A stretch of DNA of 64,000 nt from Mobula hypostoma (taxonomy: Eukaryota), in NCBI RefSeq assembly GCF_963921235.1, contig NC_086108.1, positions 113,648,001 to 113,712,000 of the forward strand, written 5' to 3'. The notes below the pieces were generated by a model. The model did not search any database. It saw only the letters and a program-made list of their open reading frames with translations, and was not told the origin of the DNA. Positions 12,335-24,463 of this stretch are shown here, piece after piece. Each line of letters starts with the position of its first letter. Positions within the stretch are counted from its first letter, which is position 1. The position numbers were made by a program, and so were the translations under genes.

Positions 12335-15165
12335 AAGAATGGCCCACGACAAATGTTACTCCACTCTTTAAGAAGGGAGAAAGGCAAAAGAAAGGAAATT
12401 GTAGGACAGTTAGTCTAACCTCAGTTGTTGGGAAGGTGTTGGTCTATTAGTAAGGATGAAGTTTTGAGGTACTTGGAGACGAATGATAAGTTACTGTAAG
12501 TCAAAAATAGCACAGTTTCTGTATAGGGAAATCTTGCCTGACAAATCTGTAAGTTCTTCGAGGAAGTAACAAGCAGGGTGGACAAAGGAGAGGCAGTGGA
12601 TGTCATTTGTTTGGATTTTCAGAAGGCGTTTTGAGAAGCTGTCACACATGAGGCTGCTCAACAAGATAAAATCCTATGGTGTTACAGGAAAGATACTGGC
12701 ATGGATAACAGAATGGTTGGCAGGCGGGAGTCAGCGAGTGGGAATAAAGGGGGCCATTTCTGGTTGGCTGCTGATGACTAGTGGTGTTTCTCAGGAGTCA
12801 GTATTGAAACCGCTACTTTTCACATTGTTTGTCAATGATTTGGCTTTATGGCAAAGTTTACTGATGATACAAAGATAGGTGGGAGGACAGGTAGTGCTGA
12901 GAGAGCAATGCGATTGCTGCAGGAATGACAAATTGGAAGAATGGGCAAAAAAGTGGCAGATGGAATACAGTATTGGGAAATGTATGATAATGCATTTTGA
13001 TATAAGGAACAATATGGAACATAGAACATAGAATAGTACAGCACAGTACAGGCCCTTCATCCCACAATGTTGTGCCGACCCTCAAACCCTGCCTCCCATA
13101 TAAGCCCCCACCTTAGATTCCTCCATATACCTGTCTAGTAGTCTCTTAAACTTCATTAGTGTATCTGCCTCCACCACTGACTCAGGCAGTGCATTCCATG
13201 CACCAACCACTCTCTGAGTTAAAAACCTTCCTCTAATATCCCCTTGAACTTCCCACCCCTTACCTTAAAGCCATGTCCTCTTGTATTGAGCAGTGATGCC
13301 CTGGGGAAGAGGCGCTGGCTATCCACTCTATCTATTCCTCTTATTATCTTGTACACTTCTATCATGTCTCCTCTCATCCTCCTTCTCTCCAAAGAGTAAA
13401 GCCCTAGCTCCCTTAATCTCTGATCATAATGCATACTTTCTAAACCAGGCAGCATCCTGGTAAATCTCCTCTGTACCCTTTCCAATGCTTCCACATCCTT
13501 CCTATAGTGAGGTGACCAGAACTGGACACAATACTCCAAGTGTGGCCTAACCAGAGTTTTATAGAGCTGCATCATTACATCGCGACTCTTAAACTCTGTC
13601 CCTCGACTTATGAAAGCTAACATCCCATAAGCTTTCTTAACTACCCTATCCACCTGTGAGGCAACTTTCAGGGATCTGTGGACATGTACCCCGAGATCCC
13701 TCTGCTCCTCCACACTACCAAGTACTCTGCCTTGGAGTTCGTCCTTCCAAAGTGTACCACCTCACACTTCTCCGGGCTCAACTCCATCTGCCACTTCTCA
13801 GCCCACTTTTGCATCCTATCAATGTCTCTCTGCAATCTTTGACAATCCTCTACACTATCTACAACACCACCAACCTTTGTGTCGTCTGCAAACTTGCCAA
13901 CCCACCCTTCTACCCCCACATCCAGGTCGTTAATAAAAATTATGAAAAGTAGAGGTCCCAGAACAGATCCTTGTGGGACACCACTAGTCACAATCCTCCA
14001 TTCTGAATGTACTCCCTCCACCACCACCCTTTGCCTTCTGCAGGCAAGCCAATTCTGAATCCACCTGGCCAAACTTCCCTGGATCCCATGCCTTCTAACT
14101 TTGTGAAGAAGCCTACCGTGTGGAACCTTGTCAAATGCCTTACTAAAATCCATATAGATCACATCCACTACACTACCCTCATCTATATGCCTGGTAACCT
14201 CCTCAAAGAACTCTTATCAGGCTTGTTAGACACGATCTGCCCTTCACAAAGCCATGCTGACTGTTCCTGATCAGACCATGATTCTCTAAGTGCCTATAGA
14301 TCCTATCTCTAAGAATCTTTTCCAACAGCTTTCCCACCACAGACGTAAGGCTCACTGGTCTATAATTACCCGGACTATCCCTACTACCTTTTTTGAACAA
14401 GGGAACAACATTCGCCTCCCTCCAATCCTCTGGTACTACTGTGGACTATTATCTAAAAGGGGAAAAGGTTCAAACATCAGAGGTGCAGAGGGACTTAGGG
14501 GTCCTCGTGCAGACTCCCAGATTAATTTACAGGTTGAGTCTGTGGTAAAGAAGGCAAATGCAATGTTGCCATTTATTTCAAGGAAAATAGAATATAAAAG
14601 CAAGGAGAAAATGCTGAGCCTTAGTAAGACACTAGTCAGGCCGTACTCGGAGTATTGTCAACAGTTACGGGCCCCATATCTCAGAAAGGATGTGTTGTCA
14701 TTGGACAGAGTCTAGAGGAGGTTTACAAGGATTATTCTGGGAATGAAGGGGTTGATATACGAGGAGTGTTTGGCAGCTTTGGGTCTGTATTCACAGGAAT
14801 TTAGAAGAAAACAGGGGGATCTCATCGAAGCTTACTGAACATTGAAAGGGCTAGATAGGGTGAAAGTGGAGAGGATGTTTCCTGTGGTGGAGGTATCTAG
14901 AACTAGAGAGCACAGCCTCAAAATTGAGGGGTGACCCTTTAGAACAGAGGTAAGAAAGAATTTTTTCAGAGAGAATAATAAAGCTGTGGCATACTCTGCC
15001 ACAGACTGCAGTGAAGGCCAAGTCTGTGCGTATATTTATAGCAGATGTTGATCGTTTCCTGATTGGTTAGTGCATCAAAGGATATGGCAAGAAGACAGGT
15101 GTATGGGATTGGGCGGATTCTAAGATCAGCCATGGTAGAATGGCCTAATTCTGCTCCGAATTCTT
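12335..15165 (+). mobile_element. CR1 LINE RT region split by a nested antisense CR1 (host pieces 12335-13017 and 14441-15165)
   Basis: The RT text ...aggaacaat|gtggactatt... resumes exactly after the insert. Confidence 0.85.
13018..14440 (-). mobile_element. 5'-truncated CR1 LINE nested in an older CR1
   Basis: ORFs 14203-14400, 13668-14168, 13219-13713 (NYRPVSLTS, DFSKAFDKVPH, GVPQGSVLGP, FADD); tail (ttctatg)n. Confidence 0.92.
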
Positions 15166-15381
15166 AGGGACTCTGGAGAGGTGCTATTGGCAGCCTCTGT
15201 CCCAGAAGGGGGATGGGCTGAAGTAAGAAAGATACTAAATGGGCAAGAGGAGCTTAAGTCAAATCAACCATCATCACATTGTAGATTCAAGAGGCCAAAG
15301 TACCGTACCCTAGCAGAGCTGGTGAGAAGCTATTCAGCTTTCTCTTGTCCTGAGTATTTGCTGTCCAGCAGCAGAACTTAC

Positions 15382-15556
15382 CATAGTTTTTTTCCTCGGT
15401 GCAGCCTTTAGCAAGGACATATGTGTAAATGATTTTATTGTAGTTTCCTGTGCTGCTTCGGTTGTGCTGAACCTCAAAATGGTTGTTTTCCACATTGGGA
15501 TACAGGGCATCCAGCTGACAAATCTCCAGGAAGTGAGTGGCAAACAGTGTGAAGGC
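15382..15556 (-). CDS. MSH4: MSH4 internal coding exon (about exon 18), 175 nt
   Basis: ctcag|GCC TTC ACA...AAC TAT G|gtaagt = [58 protein letters not shown](G); MutS FATHF motif. Confidence 0.97.
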
Positions 15557-15612
15557 CTGAGTGGAAACAAAGCAAACACTTCATTCAAAGATAAGTGAAA
15601 AGTGGAGACAGA

Positions 15613-15885
15613 AACACGAGGGAATGCAGATGCTGTGATCTGCAGCAACAAACAATCTGCTGGAGGAACTTCACACAAAATTCTGGAGGAACTCAGCAGC
15701 TCGGGCAGCATCTAAGGAGGGGAAGTCTGATGCTCGGACCAAGAGCCTTCATTAGATCTTGTGAAGAGTCTTGGCCAGAATCATCACCTTCTTATCCCTC
15801 TCCATTGATGCTACCTGACCTAAGTTCCTCCCACATATTGTGTGCTGCTCAAGATTTTCAGAATCTGCAGAACCTCTTGTGTTTA
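15613..15885. mobile_element. Degenerate palindromic Penelope pLTR-derived element
   Basis: Head-to-head aaacacgagggaatgcagatgctg...ctggaggaactcagcag... and ...agttcctccc...tctgcagaacctcttgtgttt arms, with decayed hammerhead-like centres. Confidence 0.6.
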
Positions 15886-16212
15886 TGCTTGAAGGAACTC
15901 AGCAGATCGAGCATCTACTGAAGGAACTCAGGGTTTAGGGTTAAAACACTGCATCTACCCTTTCTTCACACAGATGCTGCAGGTTGTGCCGAGTTCCTCC
16001 AGCATATTTCCTGTTGATATGAAGGGGCATAATGTTAAGGTGGTTGCAGGAAAGAATAGGGGTGATGTCAGAGGTAGTTTATTTTACACAGAGAGTGGAA
16101 CATGCTGCCAGAAGTGGTAACGGAGGCAGATTCATTTAAGAGACTGTTAGATAGAAAAATAGAGGGTGATGTGTGAAGGAAGAGTTAGATTGATAGTTGA
16201 GTGGCACAACAC

Positions 16213-17230
16213 CTGTACTGTCCACCATCAACGCTGCCCTCACCCACATCTCTTCCATTTCGCACACATCTGTCCTCATCCCATCCACTGCCACAGCAGG
16301 GATAGGGTTCCTCTTGTCCTTACCTACCACTCCACTAGCCTTTGTATTCAGCACATAATTCTCCGTAACTTCTGCCATTTCCAACAGATTCCACTACCAA
16401 GCACATCCATCCCTACCCCTATCCCCCACCCCCACATTCTGCTTTCCACAGGGATCGTTCCCTATGTGACTCCATTGTACACTCATCGCTCCTGGTAATT
16501 ATTTTTGCAAGCAGAACAAGTGTGCCTACATCTTCTCCCTCACTACCATTCAGGGCTCTAAACACTTTACCTGTGAGTATGTTGGGGTAATCTAATGTAT
16601 CCGGTGTTCCCATTGTGGCCTTCTGTATATTGGTGAGACCTGACATAGATTGAGAGACCACTTCACTGAGGACCTACGCTGTCCATCAGAAAAAGCGGTA
16701 TTTCCCAGTAGCCAACCATTTCAATTCTACTTTCCATTCCCATTACGATATGTCAGTTCATGGCCTCCTCTACTGCCAGGATGAAGCCACACTCAGGCTG
16801 AAGGAGCTACACCTCATATTCCGTCTGGATAGCATCCAACCTGATGACATGAACATCGATTTCTCAAATTTCTAGTAATTGCACCCCCCCCATTCCTATT
16901 TCACCTTTTTCCTTACCTGTCCATCACCCTCCTGGTGCATCTCCTCCCTCTTTTTTTTCCATGGTCTTCTACCCTCTCCTATGGTTTCCCCCTGCTCCAG
17001 CCCAATCAACTTCCCAGCTCTTTACTTCACCCCCTACCCCACTTTCCTGGTTTCACTTATTTACCTATCACCTTGTAGTGCTTCTTCGTCTCCCTCCCCA
17101 CCTTCTTATTTTGACTTTTCATATTTTTTCCAGTCCCAATGAAGGGTCTCGGCTGAAATGTCGACTGTTTACTCCTTTCCGTAGAATCTGCCTGGCCTGC
17201 TGAGTTTCTCCACCATTTTGTGTGTGTGAG
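16213..17230 (+). mobile_element. Penelope-like element 3' fragment (GIY-YIG plus pLTR)
   Basis: DRVPLVLTYHSTS; CIRCSHCGLLYIGET (GIY-YIG); pLTR with hammerhead remnant at 17131-17167; homologous to 28670-29675. Confidence 0.85.
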
Positions 17231-17354
17231 CTCTACTGTACTTTGGTGTTTTATATTCTATGTTTGTTGCAGGAGATGGAGATACATGGTTTTCTGTCCT
17301 TGTTTGGTCATGCTAGCTGTTATCTGGTCTACTGCTGCTCGAGTTTTCCAGGTG

Positions 17355-18020
17355 AAAATTCAAGATAGTTTAATGTCATTTCTGTGAGAAGAGTGTAAAG
17401 GAGAATGAAATATTTGTTACTCCAGATCCGATGAAGTACAAAAAAAAACCCCAAAACGATAAAGAACACCATAATAAAAATACACAATAAATATAAATAC
17501 ATCAGAGAGCTTATATATAATACACAGATTGATTGTATGTTTATAAAGTGATGCTAGGTTGTACAAAAGGTGACAGATAGGAAATAATAAAGGATTGATG
17601 GAGTTAGTGGGTGGAGGTATTCAGCCTTACTGCTTGGGGAAAGTTAACTGTTTTTGAGTCTGGTGATCCTGGCGTGGGTGCTATGTAACCTCCTCCCTGA
17701 TGGGAGTGGACCAAACAGTCCATGAACAAGGTGCATGTGATCCTTCATGATGTTACGGGCCCTTTTCTGGCATTTTTCGCTTCACATCCTTGATGATGGG
17801 TAGGCTGGTGCTGGTGCCGGTGCCGGTGATGCATTGGGCAGTTTTGACTACTAGTTGAAGGGCCTTCCCATCCGCCACAGTGCAGTTTCTGTACCATGCA
17901 GTGATGCAACATGTTAGGATGCTCTTTACTGCACATCTGTAGAATGACATGAGTGTAGATATGCATAGTACAGCTCTCTTCAGCCTCCTCAGAAAGTAGA
18001 GACATTGGTGAGCTTTCCTA
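17355..18020 (-). mobile_element. Rex1/Babar-type LINE 3' fragment
   Basis: ORF 17753-17950 FYRCAVKSILTCCITAWYRNC..KALQLVVKTAQCITG. Confidence 0.8.
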
Positions 18021-19399
18021 GCAAGTTTCCCTACTTCCAGAAAGCTGTGGGTTACTGTTGTGTTCTATGACTCTACGTCTCTCGAAAGAAGCGACCAGTC
18101 TAGTAGCTCGTCTATACTGGAGTTCTGTGAGGTTCTGAAGGAATCCTATTTCAACCTTCTCTTGTTATTTTAATCTCTATTTTGTCATAATCAAATTGGA
18201 ACTGTTACCAATTCTCCTTTAAAAAAAAGGACAATGCATCCACAGCAATTTCACTGTCGCAATGCAAGTTATTTGACAATGCACATTTTCAAAATTTCCA
18301 TGTCTTCTGCATTTATTTGGCCTTTTATCACATCTCTGGAAACGCCCAAAGTATTTCATACAGAGTGAATTACTCCAGAAGTCTCTAATTGGTAGTATAT
18401 AAAGCTGTGATTACAGTGAGTGGTAAATACCTGAGGCAGATAGGCAAATAACAGAAATATTTTAATGAGAAGCTAGGCTAAGTGGTGGGGGGGGGGGGGT
18501 GCGTAGAAGGAATAGAGAATTTGCCGAAAGAGTGAGATAAAAAAAAAAGATTCAAATGTGACAGAAACATCGACACAGACCACTTGGGCTGATTGGCTCA
18601 TCACATCAAGTGATGGCTAAACAAGACTACATGCAAGTTAGACACAGGAGCAGAATAAGGCCATTCAGCCCATCAAGTCTGCTCCACCATTCCATCATGA
18701 CTGATTTATTATCTCTCTCAAGCCCATTGTCCTGCCTTCTCCTTGTAACCTTTAATGCCCTCACTGATCAAGAATCTATCAACCTCTGCTTGAAATATAC
18801 CCATTGATATACGTCAGTGGATAAACATTAATTTTTTATTGAGTTAAAATAAAGGGCCAGATCAGAGAGCACTGGAATAGCAAAGTCCAGAGGGTTTCAG
18901 CAATAGGCTAACAAGGGCACAATCAGAGGCACACAGTATTAGCAAGGAGATGGGGCTTCTCGAGTACTACAGAAGCACTTTCTGCACATAGACTTCAGCA
19001 ATCTAAAATAGCTGTTTCTCAGGGGACAATTAGAGATGGACATCTTTGTAGCCATGCCCACATCACACATGACTAAAACCTTCATAGGCCGTAGGGTTTC
19101 CAATAATTTATAGCCCATTTGAGGTAAAGAGGAATACCAGATAGAGTGGATGTGCAGAGGATGATTTCAATAATGGGGGAATCCAGAACCAGAGGGCACA
19201 GACTCTAAATAAAAGGACATCCCTTTAGAACAGAGATCAAATCAAATTCGTTTAATTATCATTCAACCGTACATGAATACAGCCAAATGAAATAGTGTTC
19301 CTTTGGGGCCAAGGTGCAAAACATATGCAGCACATTCAAGCTAGCAAGCACACATACAGTAATGCAAAAAATAAAATTATATATATACACACACACACA

Positions 19400-19997
19400 G
19401 AATTGAAAATACACGTGGACTAAGATTTTAACTGTCCTGTGCTATCACCAGTGTGATCATCAGTTGATCTGCCACCTGTCTTCAGGAGTTTTGGCCCGCT
19501 TATGATCAAGACTCCCTCGAGGTGGTGGGCCAGCAGTGCTAAAAGCACCATCTCCCACGGGTGAGCTTAAAAACTCAGCATCTGCTTCTATCAGAGTTGT
19601 TGGTCACTTCCATCCAACAGATAGTCTACTCTTTAGGTGACTATGCAACTACTGAAGGGTTTGCAGGATATGTATACACTGTCTGACTATCTGCCCCTCT
19701 GGACATACTTGGTCCACACCCATACTGATCCTTTCTCTGCTGCCTCAGCTACAGCCCTGCTGGTTGACTTGATCTCTCTTCCAGTGAAGCCAAGGTCACG
19801 CAGCCACTTCTGGATAGTGAACACAATAAGCCCACGGCAGCTGAGTTCAAATGGATAGCATGAGACCTTCCACCCTCTGTCTCTGCACTCTGATCTTAAT
19901 TCTGCATACTTGGTTAACTTGCACTCATGGGCTTCATCGATGTTGTCTTCCCAGGGGACTGTGAGTTCACCAATAACCACTTCTCTACTGGTGTCAG

Positions 19998-19998
<1 letters not shown>
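19400..19998 (-). mobile_element. Hero-like non-LTR retrotransposon 3' end (restriction-like endonuclease domain plus 3' UTR)
   Basis: SDTSREVVIGELTVPWEDNIDEAHECKLTKY..RGWK...PFELSCRG...AEAAEKGSVWVW, the ELTVPWE/KxxKY/EVGCRG pattern of Hero-clade RLE; stop at 19687. Confidence 0.75.

Positions 19999-20000
<2 letters not shown>

Positions 20001-20038
<38 letters not shown>
20001..20038. repeat. (CA)n microsatellite
   Basis: Directly visible. Confidence 0.95.
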
Positions 20039-20043
<5 letters not shown>

Positions 20044-20562
20044 GAGGAGGAATCAGTGATCGAGTTGATAGCCAGAGACATTCCCCCACTACCACCAAGG
20101 AAGAAATAGCTAATATGAGAGGGCATACGTTTAAGGTGTTTGAAGGAAAATATAGGTGTGGGGCATCAGAGATCGGTTTCTTACACAGCCACTGACAGCT
20201 GTAGAGGCTATTGGGTATATTTAAAACAGAAATTCATACGTTATGAATAGTAAGAGTGACAGCAAGAGAACAGGGTTCAGGGAAATATATCAGCCATGAT
20301 CAAATGGCAGTGCAGACTTGATGGATTGAACAGCCTAATTCTGATCCTATGGCTTATGGAGATTTAATGTGCAAGGAAATGGCTAAGGCAGGTCAGAGTG
20401 TGTATTCGATATTCCACGCCCTCTTTCCATCTCACCATACCCATTCTATTCATATAGAATCATCAGTCTTATTGTGGTCAAGGTCGAATTTGAAAATGTC
20501 TTTTTCAGGTCAGTAAAATATTGGCTTATTGCATAAAACATTTAAATGTCCAAAGTCTTCAC

Positions 20563-20691
20563 CTTGAAATTGAGCAGAAATTCACAGACTGCATGGCAAA
20601 TACCAATTCCTTCTTCTGTACTGGTTCCTCTTCCCAGTTCATCAATGATTATCAAAGATTTATCAGAAACATTGTGCATTATGTATGTTAT
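20563..20691 (-). CDS. MSH4: MSH4 internal coding exon (about exon 17), 129 nt, Walker B
   Basis: Not in the ORF track; tacag|ATA ACA TAC...TTC AAG|gtgaag = [43 protein letters not shown]; MutS DELGRGT motif. Confidence 0.97.
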
Positions 20692-21072
20692 CTGTAAGAA
20701 ATTAATACACAAGGAATCTGTAAATGATCACCAAATATAAACAATTCTTATTACTTGACAGAATTCTAAACTATTTATAAATGTGGACTCAAATTTTACA
20801 AAATATCTCAGCAAGGTAATGTTGTAGCTCTATTAAACCCTGGTTGGACAATATTTGAAATATTGTGTTCAGTTCTGGTTGCCTCATTATAGGAAGGACA
20901 CGGAAGCTTTGGAGAGGATGCAGAAGAAAGTTATCAGGATGCTGTCTGGATTAGAGGATAGGTTGAGTGAGCTAGGGCTTGTCTCTCTGGAGTATAGGAG
21001 ATTGAGGGGTGACTTAACAGAGGTGTACAAAATGATAAGAGGAATAGATCAAGGTGACAGCCAGAGACATTC

Positions 21073-21464
21073 TGTCATGGTCCCTTCTGGCAATCCCCCA
21101 CCATGCCATTTACCTCAGGAATTTGGCCTCAATAACCCTATTTAAATCCTAATCATTCCCAGGTTCCACTAACTACACACACCTGCTTCCCATCAGAAAC
21201 TGCAAGATAAAGACTCTGTGACCACAACAAGGAGTTGCCAGTTCGTTGGTTGACTCTTGTATGAGTAATCTCATTCCATGGTTCTTAGGACTAGTAGTTC
21301 TAAGTCTAGCATCGTTCCTGAATTCTCTACTAAAACCAAGACTTCCGCTAAAGACTCTCTCTGGACACCAATTCCATGCTTGCTATGACCATAACGCCTC
21401 CCGACTCGTCCTCCGCGCCTGTGTTCAGCACTTGGGTTTGTACCACCGCCACGTCCTTGCAGCA
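21073..21464. mobile_element. Probable solo LTR
   Basis: TG...CA ends (tgtcatgg...gcagca); imperfect TSD (cattc/ggttc); the paralogous CR1 piece at 20071-20100 shows the empty site. Confidence 0.55.
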
Positions 21465-21593
21465 GGTTCCCCCACCACCACCAAGTAAAAAATAGCTAAT
21501 ATGAGAGGGCATATGTTTAAGGTGTTCGAAGGAAAATATAGCAGTGGGATATCAGAAGTAGGTTTCTTACACAGAGATAGGTGGGTGCGCGGC

Positions 21594-21913
21594 TGTGTGA
21601 AATCAGGTTTGCGGCTTTGGTGAGTAGGGACAGAAGAGACGCACCATCGGTAAGTAGGTCAACTACTTACTTACAAGACAGACACTAAACAGTCAGTGAA
21701 CCCTTCAAGCTAATCTTGGTTATAAATACTTATCTAAACTGAATAACTGAAGTGGCAAAACAAAATAGATACTGAACATACAAACAGCGGCAAGTACTCG
21801 TCTAAAGTGTGTGCCGGGCCCTCTTTACTGCAGCACACCCCTCTGTTTATCATTTCCACGGCCCCCCCACAGCGATGCATCGACCGAGAAAGAGGCCGTA
21901 TGTTTACCACACA
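21594..21913. mobile_element. Possible solo LTR
   Basis: tgtgtg...cacaca inverted ends inside a CR1 fragment; no clear TSD. Confidence 0.3.
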
Positions 21914-23219
21914 CCAGGTTTAAACTCTACCGGCACCATGATGCCATCAGCTAGTGGGAGAGACTGCAGTGCTCACTGCACCAGCCAATCCTCACCACCT
22001 ACGGGGGAAGTGACTTTCAATTAAAGGGTAATTTAGATATTTACTGGAACATGCCAGGGGTGGTGGTAGAGGCAGATACATTAGAGACTCAGATAGGAAC
22101 ATAGATGAAAGAAACAATGGAGGGCTATGTAAGAGGGAAGGGTAAATTGATTTTAAGAATAGATTAAAAGGACGGCACATTATCATGGACTGAAGTGTCT
22201 TTACTGTGCTGTAATGTTCGAAGTTTATGTTCTTATTGTAGGAATAAGAATGAAGGTTTATCAACAATCTTATTAACTTAATGAAGACCTTTGACAGAAA
22301 ATAAATCAGCCATGTCCAAATGGCAGAGCAAACTTGATGAGCTGAATGGCCCAATTCTGTTCCCGTTTTATGGTTTTTATAGTTATGCTTCAATCAAACA
22401 ATCTTTCTCCACTCTTTATCTCTCCTTATCATCAAAACCTTCAGTTCTGTTTCCCACATGTTTTTATCTCAAATTTCCTCCATCTGGATTAGTTCATATT
22501 GAGAGGGACTCTTCACAAAATATCAATTTCCCATATTCCATACCCATGACATTTTACTCCAAATAAATCAAATAGATTAAATGAGCTTCTGTTTAGTGGA
22601 AGTAATCATATTGTTTCAAAGATCTTTTTGGCTAGAAGAAAGAAAATGTACATAATGCTGTAAAGTATTTCCTTCCTGGGCAACTCAAAACAGTATATAG
22701 TCTCTATAATATTTCTCAAGTCCAAGCACTATTTGTAAAAATGCAGCAGTTTACTCAAAACAATGAGGTCCCAGATTACATGATAGTGACCATGGTACTG
22801 GTTACTGGCCCTTCAGCCCAGTGAGTCCAGAGTTCAAAGTTCATATTACATTTATTATCAAAGTATGCATACCATCTACAAATTTGAGATCCATCTTCTT
22901 GCAAACAGACAAGAAACAAACACAATATAACCCATGAAAACCCCACACACAGGGACTGTCAAATGTCCAACGTGCAAACAAGAACAAGTCATGCAAATAA
23001 TAAAAAATAAACAAATAATTGACGGGACATGAAACCACTCTCCACCCCCAACCCGGTGCATAAACAATCCATTGCACAATTCCCACTAATTCCACATTAT
23101 TCTTCCCACGTTCCCATCAATTCAGTAGATTCTAACCCTCACCCACACAGTAGGGGTATTGCAAAATTGCCAGTTAATCTGTTCTCTTTGTAAAGCGGAA
23201 GGAAACCAGAGCACATAAA

Positions 23220-23720
23220 TTCAAGTTCAAGTTTATTATTGTTCAACCACACACATGTATACAGATAAACACCACAATGCATATATATATCATATACAGC
23301 ACAAATAATATCACCGGCATATGTCGTGGAATTTAATTTTACTACAGCAGTGCAATGAAGTACATGATAAATAAATATGGAGAAAAAATTGAATGACAGT
23401 CAGTATATATGTCTAACAAATAGTTAAGCTAAAATAAATACTGCAAAGAGAAAGTAGTGAGGTGGTGTCCAAGGGTTCAATGTCCATTTAGGAATCAGAT
23501 GGCAGAGGGGAAGAAACTGTTCCTGAATCGCTGAGTGTTGCCTTCAGGCTTCTGTACCTCCTTCCCAACAGTAACAATGAGAAACAGGCATGTCCTGGAT
23601 GGTGGACATCCTTAATAATGGACACTGCCTTCCTAGGACATCGCTCCCTGAAGATGGCTTGGATACTACCAAAGCTAGTATCCATGATGGAGCTGACTAA
23701 TCTTACAAGTTTCTGCAATA
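23220..23720 (-). mobile_element. Rex1/Babar-type LINE 3' fragment(s)
   Basis: ORF 23488-23724 RKAVSIIKDVHHPGHACFSLLLLGRRYRSL; tail. Confidence 0.75.
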
Positions 23721-24344
23721 TCAACAGATTTTACTTAATAACCAGCATGATTAACCTACTAACCAGTAAGACTTTGAATTGTAAGAGGAAACCCGAGCAC
23801 CCAGAGGAAAAGCATGTGGTCACATGGGTCACTGGCTATGTAAAAGTGTTATGCTAACTACTATATTACCATACATAGTTTTTCACAAATTCAATTTTCA
23901 CAAAGTCTTTATTTTCCTGTAAATGCCTGCAACAACATAAGTTGTTTGTGGATTGAAAGTTCCACCATTCCTCCAATGAAAAGGAAGAGATCTAGCAGAA
24001 AACCTGCATCCTCTGACTCAAAGAGTAATTGGTTGATAGAGAGAGTGCAGAAGGCTCAGCAACCTACTAGCATCCTTGGCATGCGGTTCACTACAATCGC
24101 AGCGACATACCTCTAACATTGTATCTGTCCTTCTACAGTACATCATGACTATTAGCCTCGATTATAAAGTAAAATGCAAGCACAGTCAAAATTAATCTCA
24201 GGGTAGTATATGGTGACATATGCATACCTTAGTACAGTAATAAGTTTACTTCGAACTTTAGGCATTCTAACATTTCTACAATAAATGTTAAATGTCATCT
24301 TCAAAATATTCTGATATTCTATTATCTTTTTTAAAAAACTGCAC

Positions 24345-24463
24345 CTCTTTCATCTCTTTCATGAAAGTTGATGAGTTGGTTTCAATGTCATCATCTACAC
24401 CTATCCTGGTGAAGATCTGGTCAGCTATTCGGAATGAAGCGTATTCAGCAGGAACAAAGGAAC
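24345..24463 (-). CDS. MSH4: MSH4 internal coding exon (about exon 16), 119 nt
   Basis: ctag|GT TCC TTT...ATG AAA GAG|gtgcag = [39 protein letters not shown]; MutS signature STFMxEM. Confidence 0.97.

Larger units (their letters stand above)
20810..22230 (+). mobile_element. CR1 3' fragment interrupted by two insertions (21073-21464 and about 21594-22045)
   Basis: ORF 20855-21145 YCVQFWLPHYRKDTEALER...RLRGDLTEVYK; CR1 text resumes at 21465 and about 22046. Confidence 0.75.
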
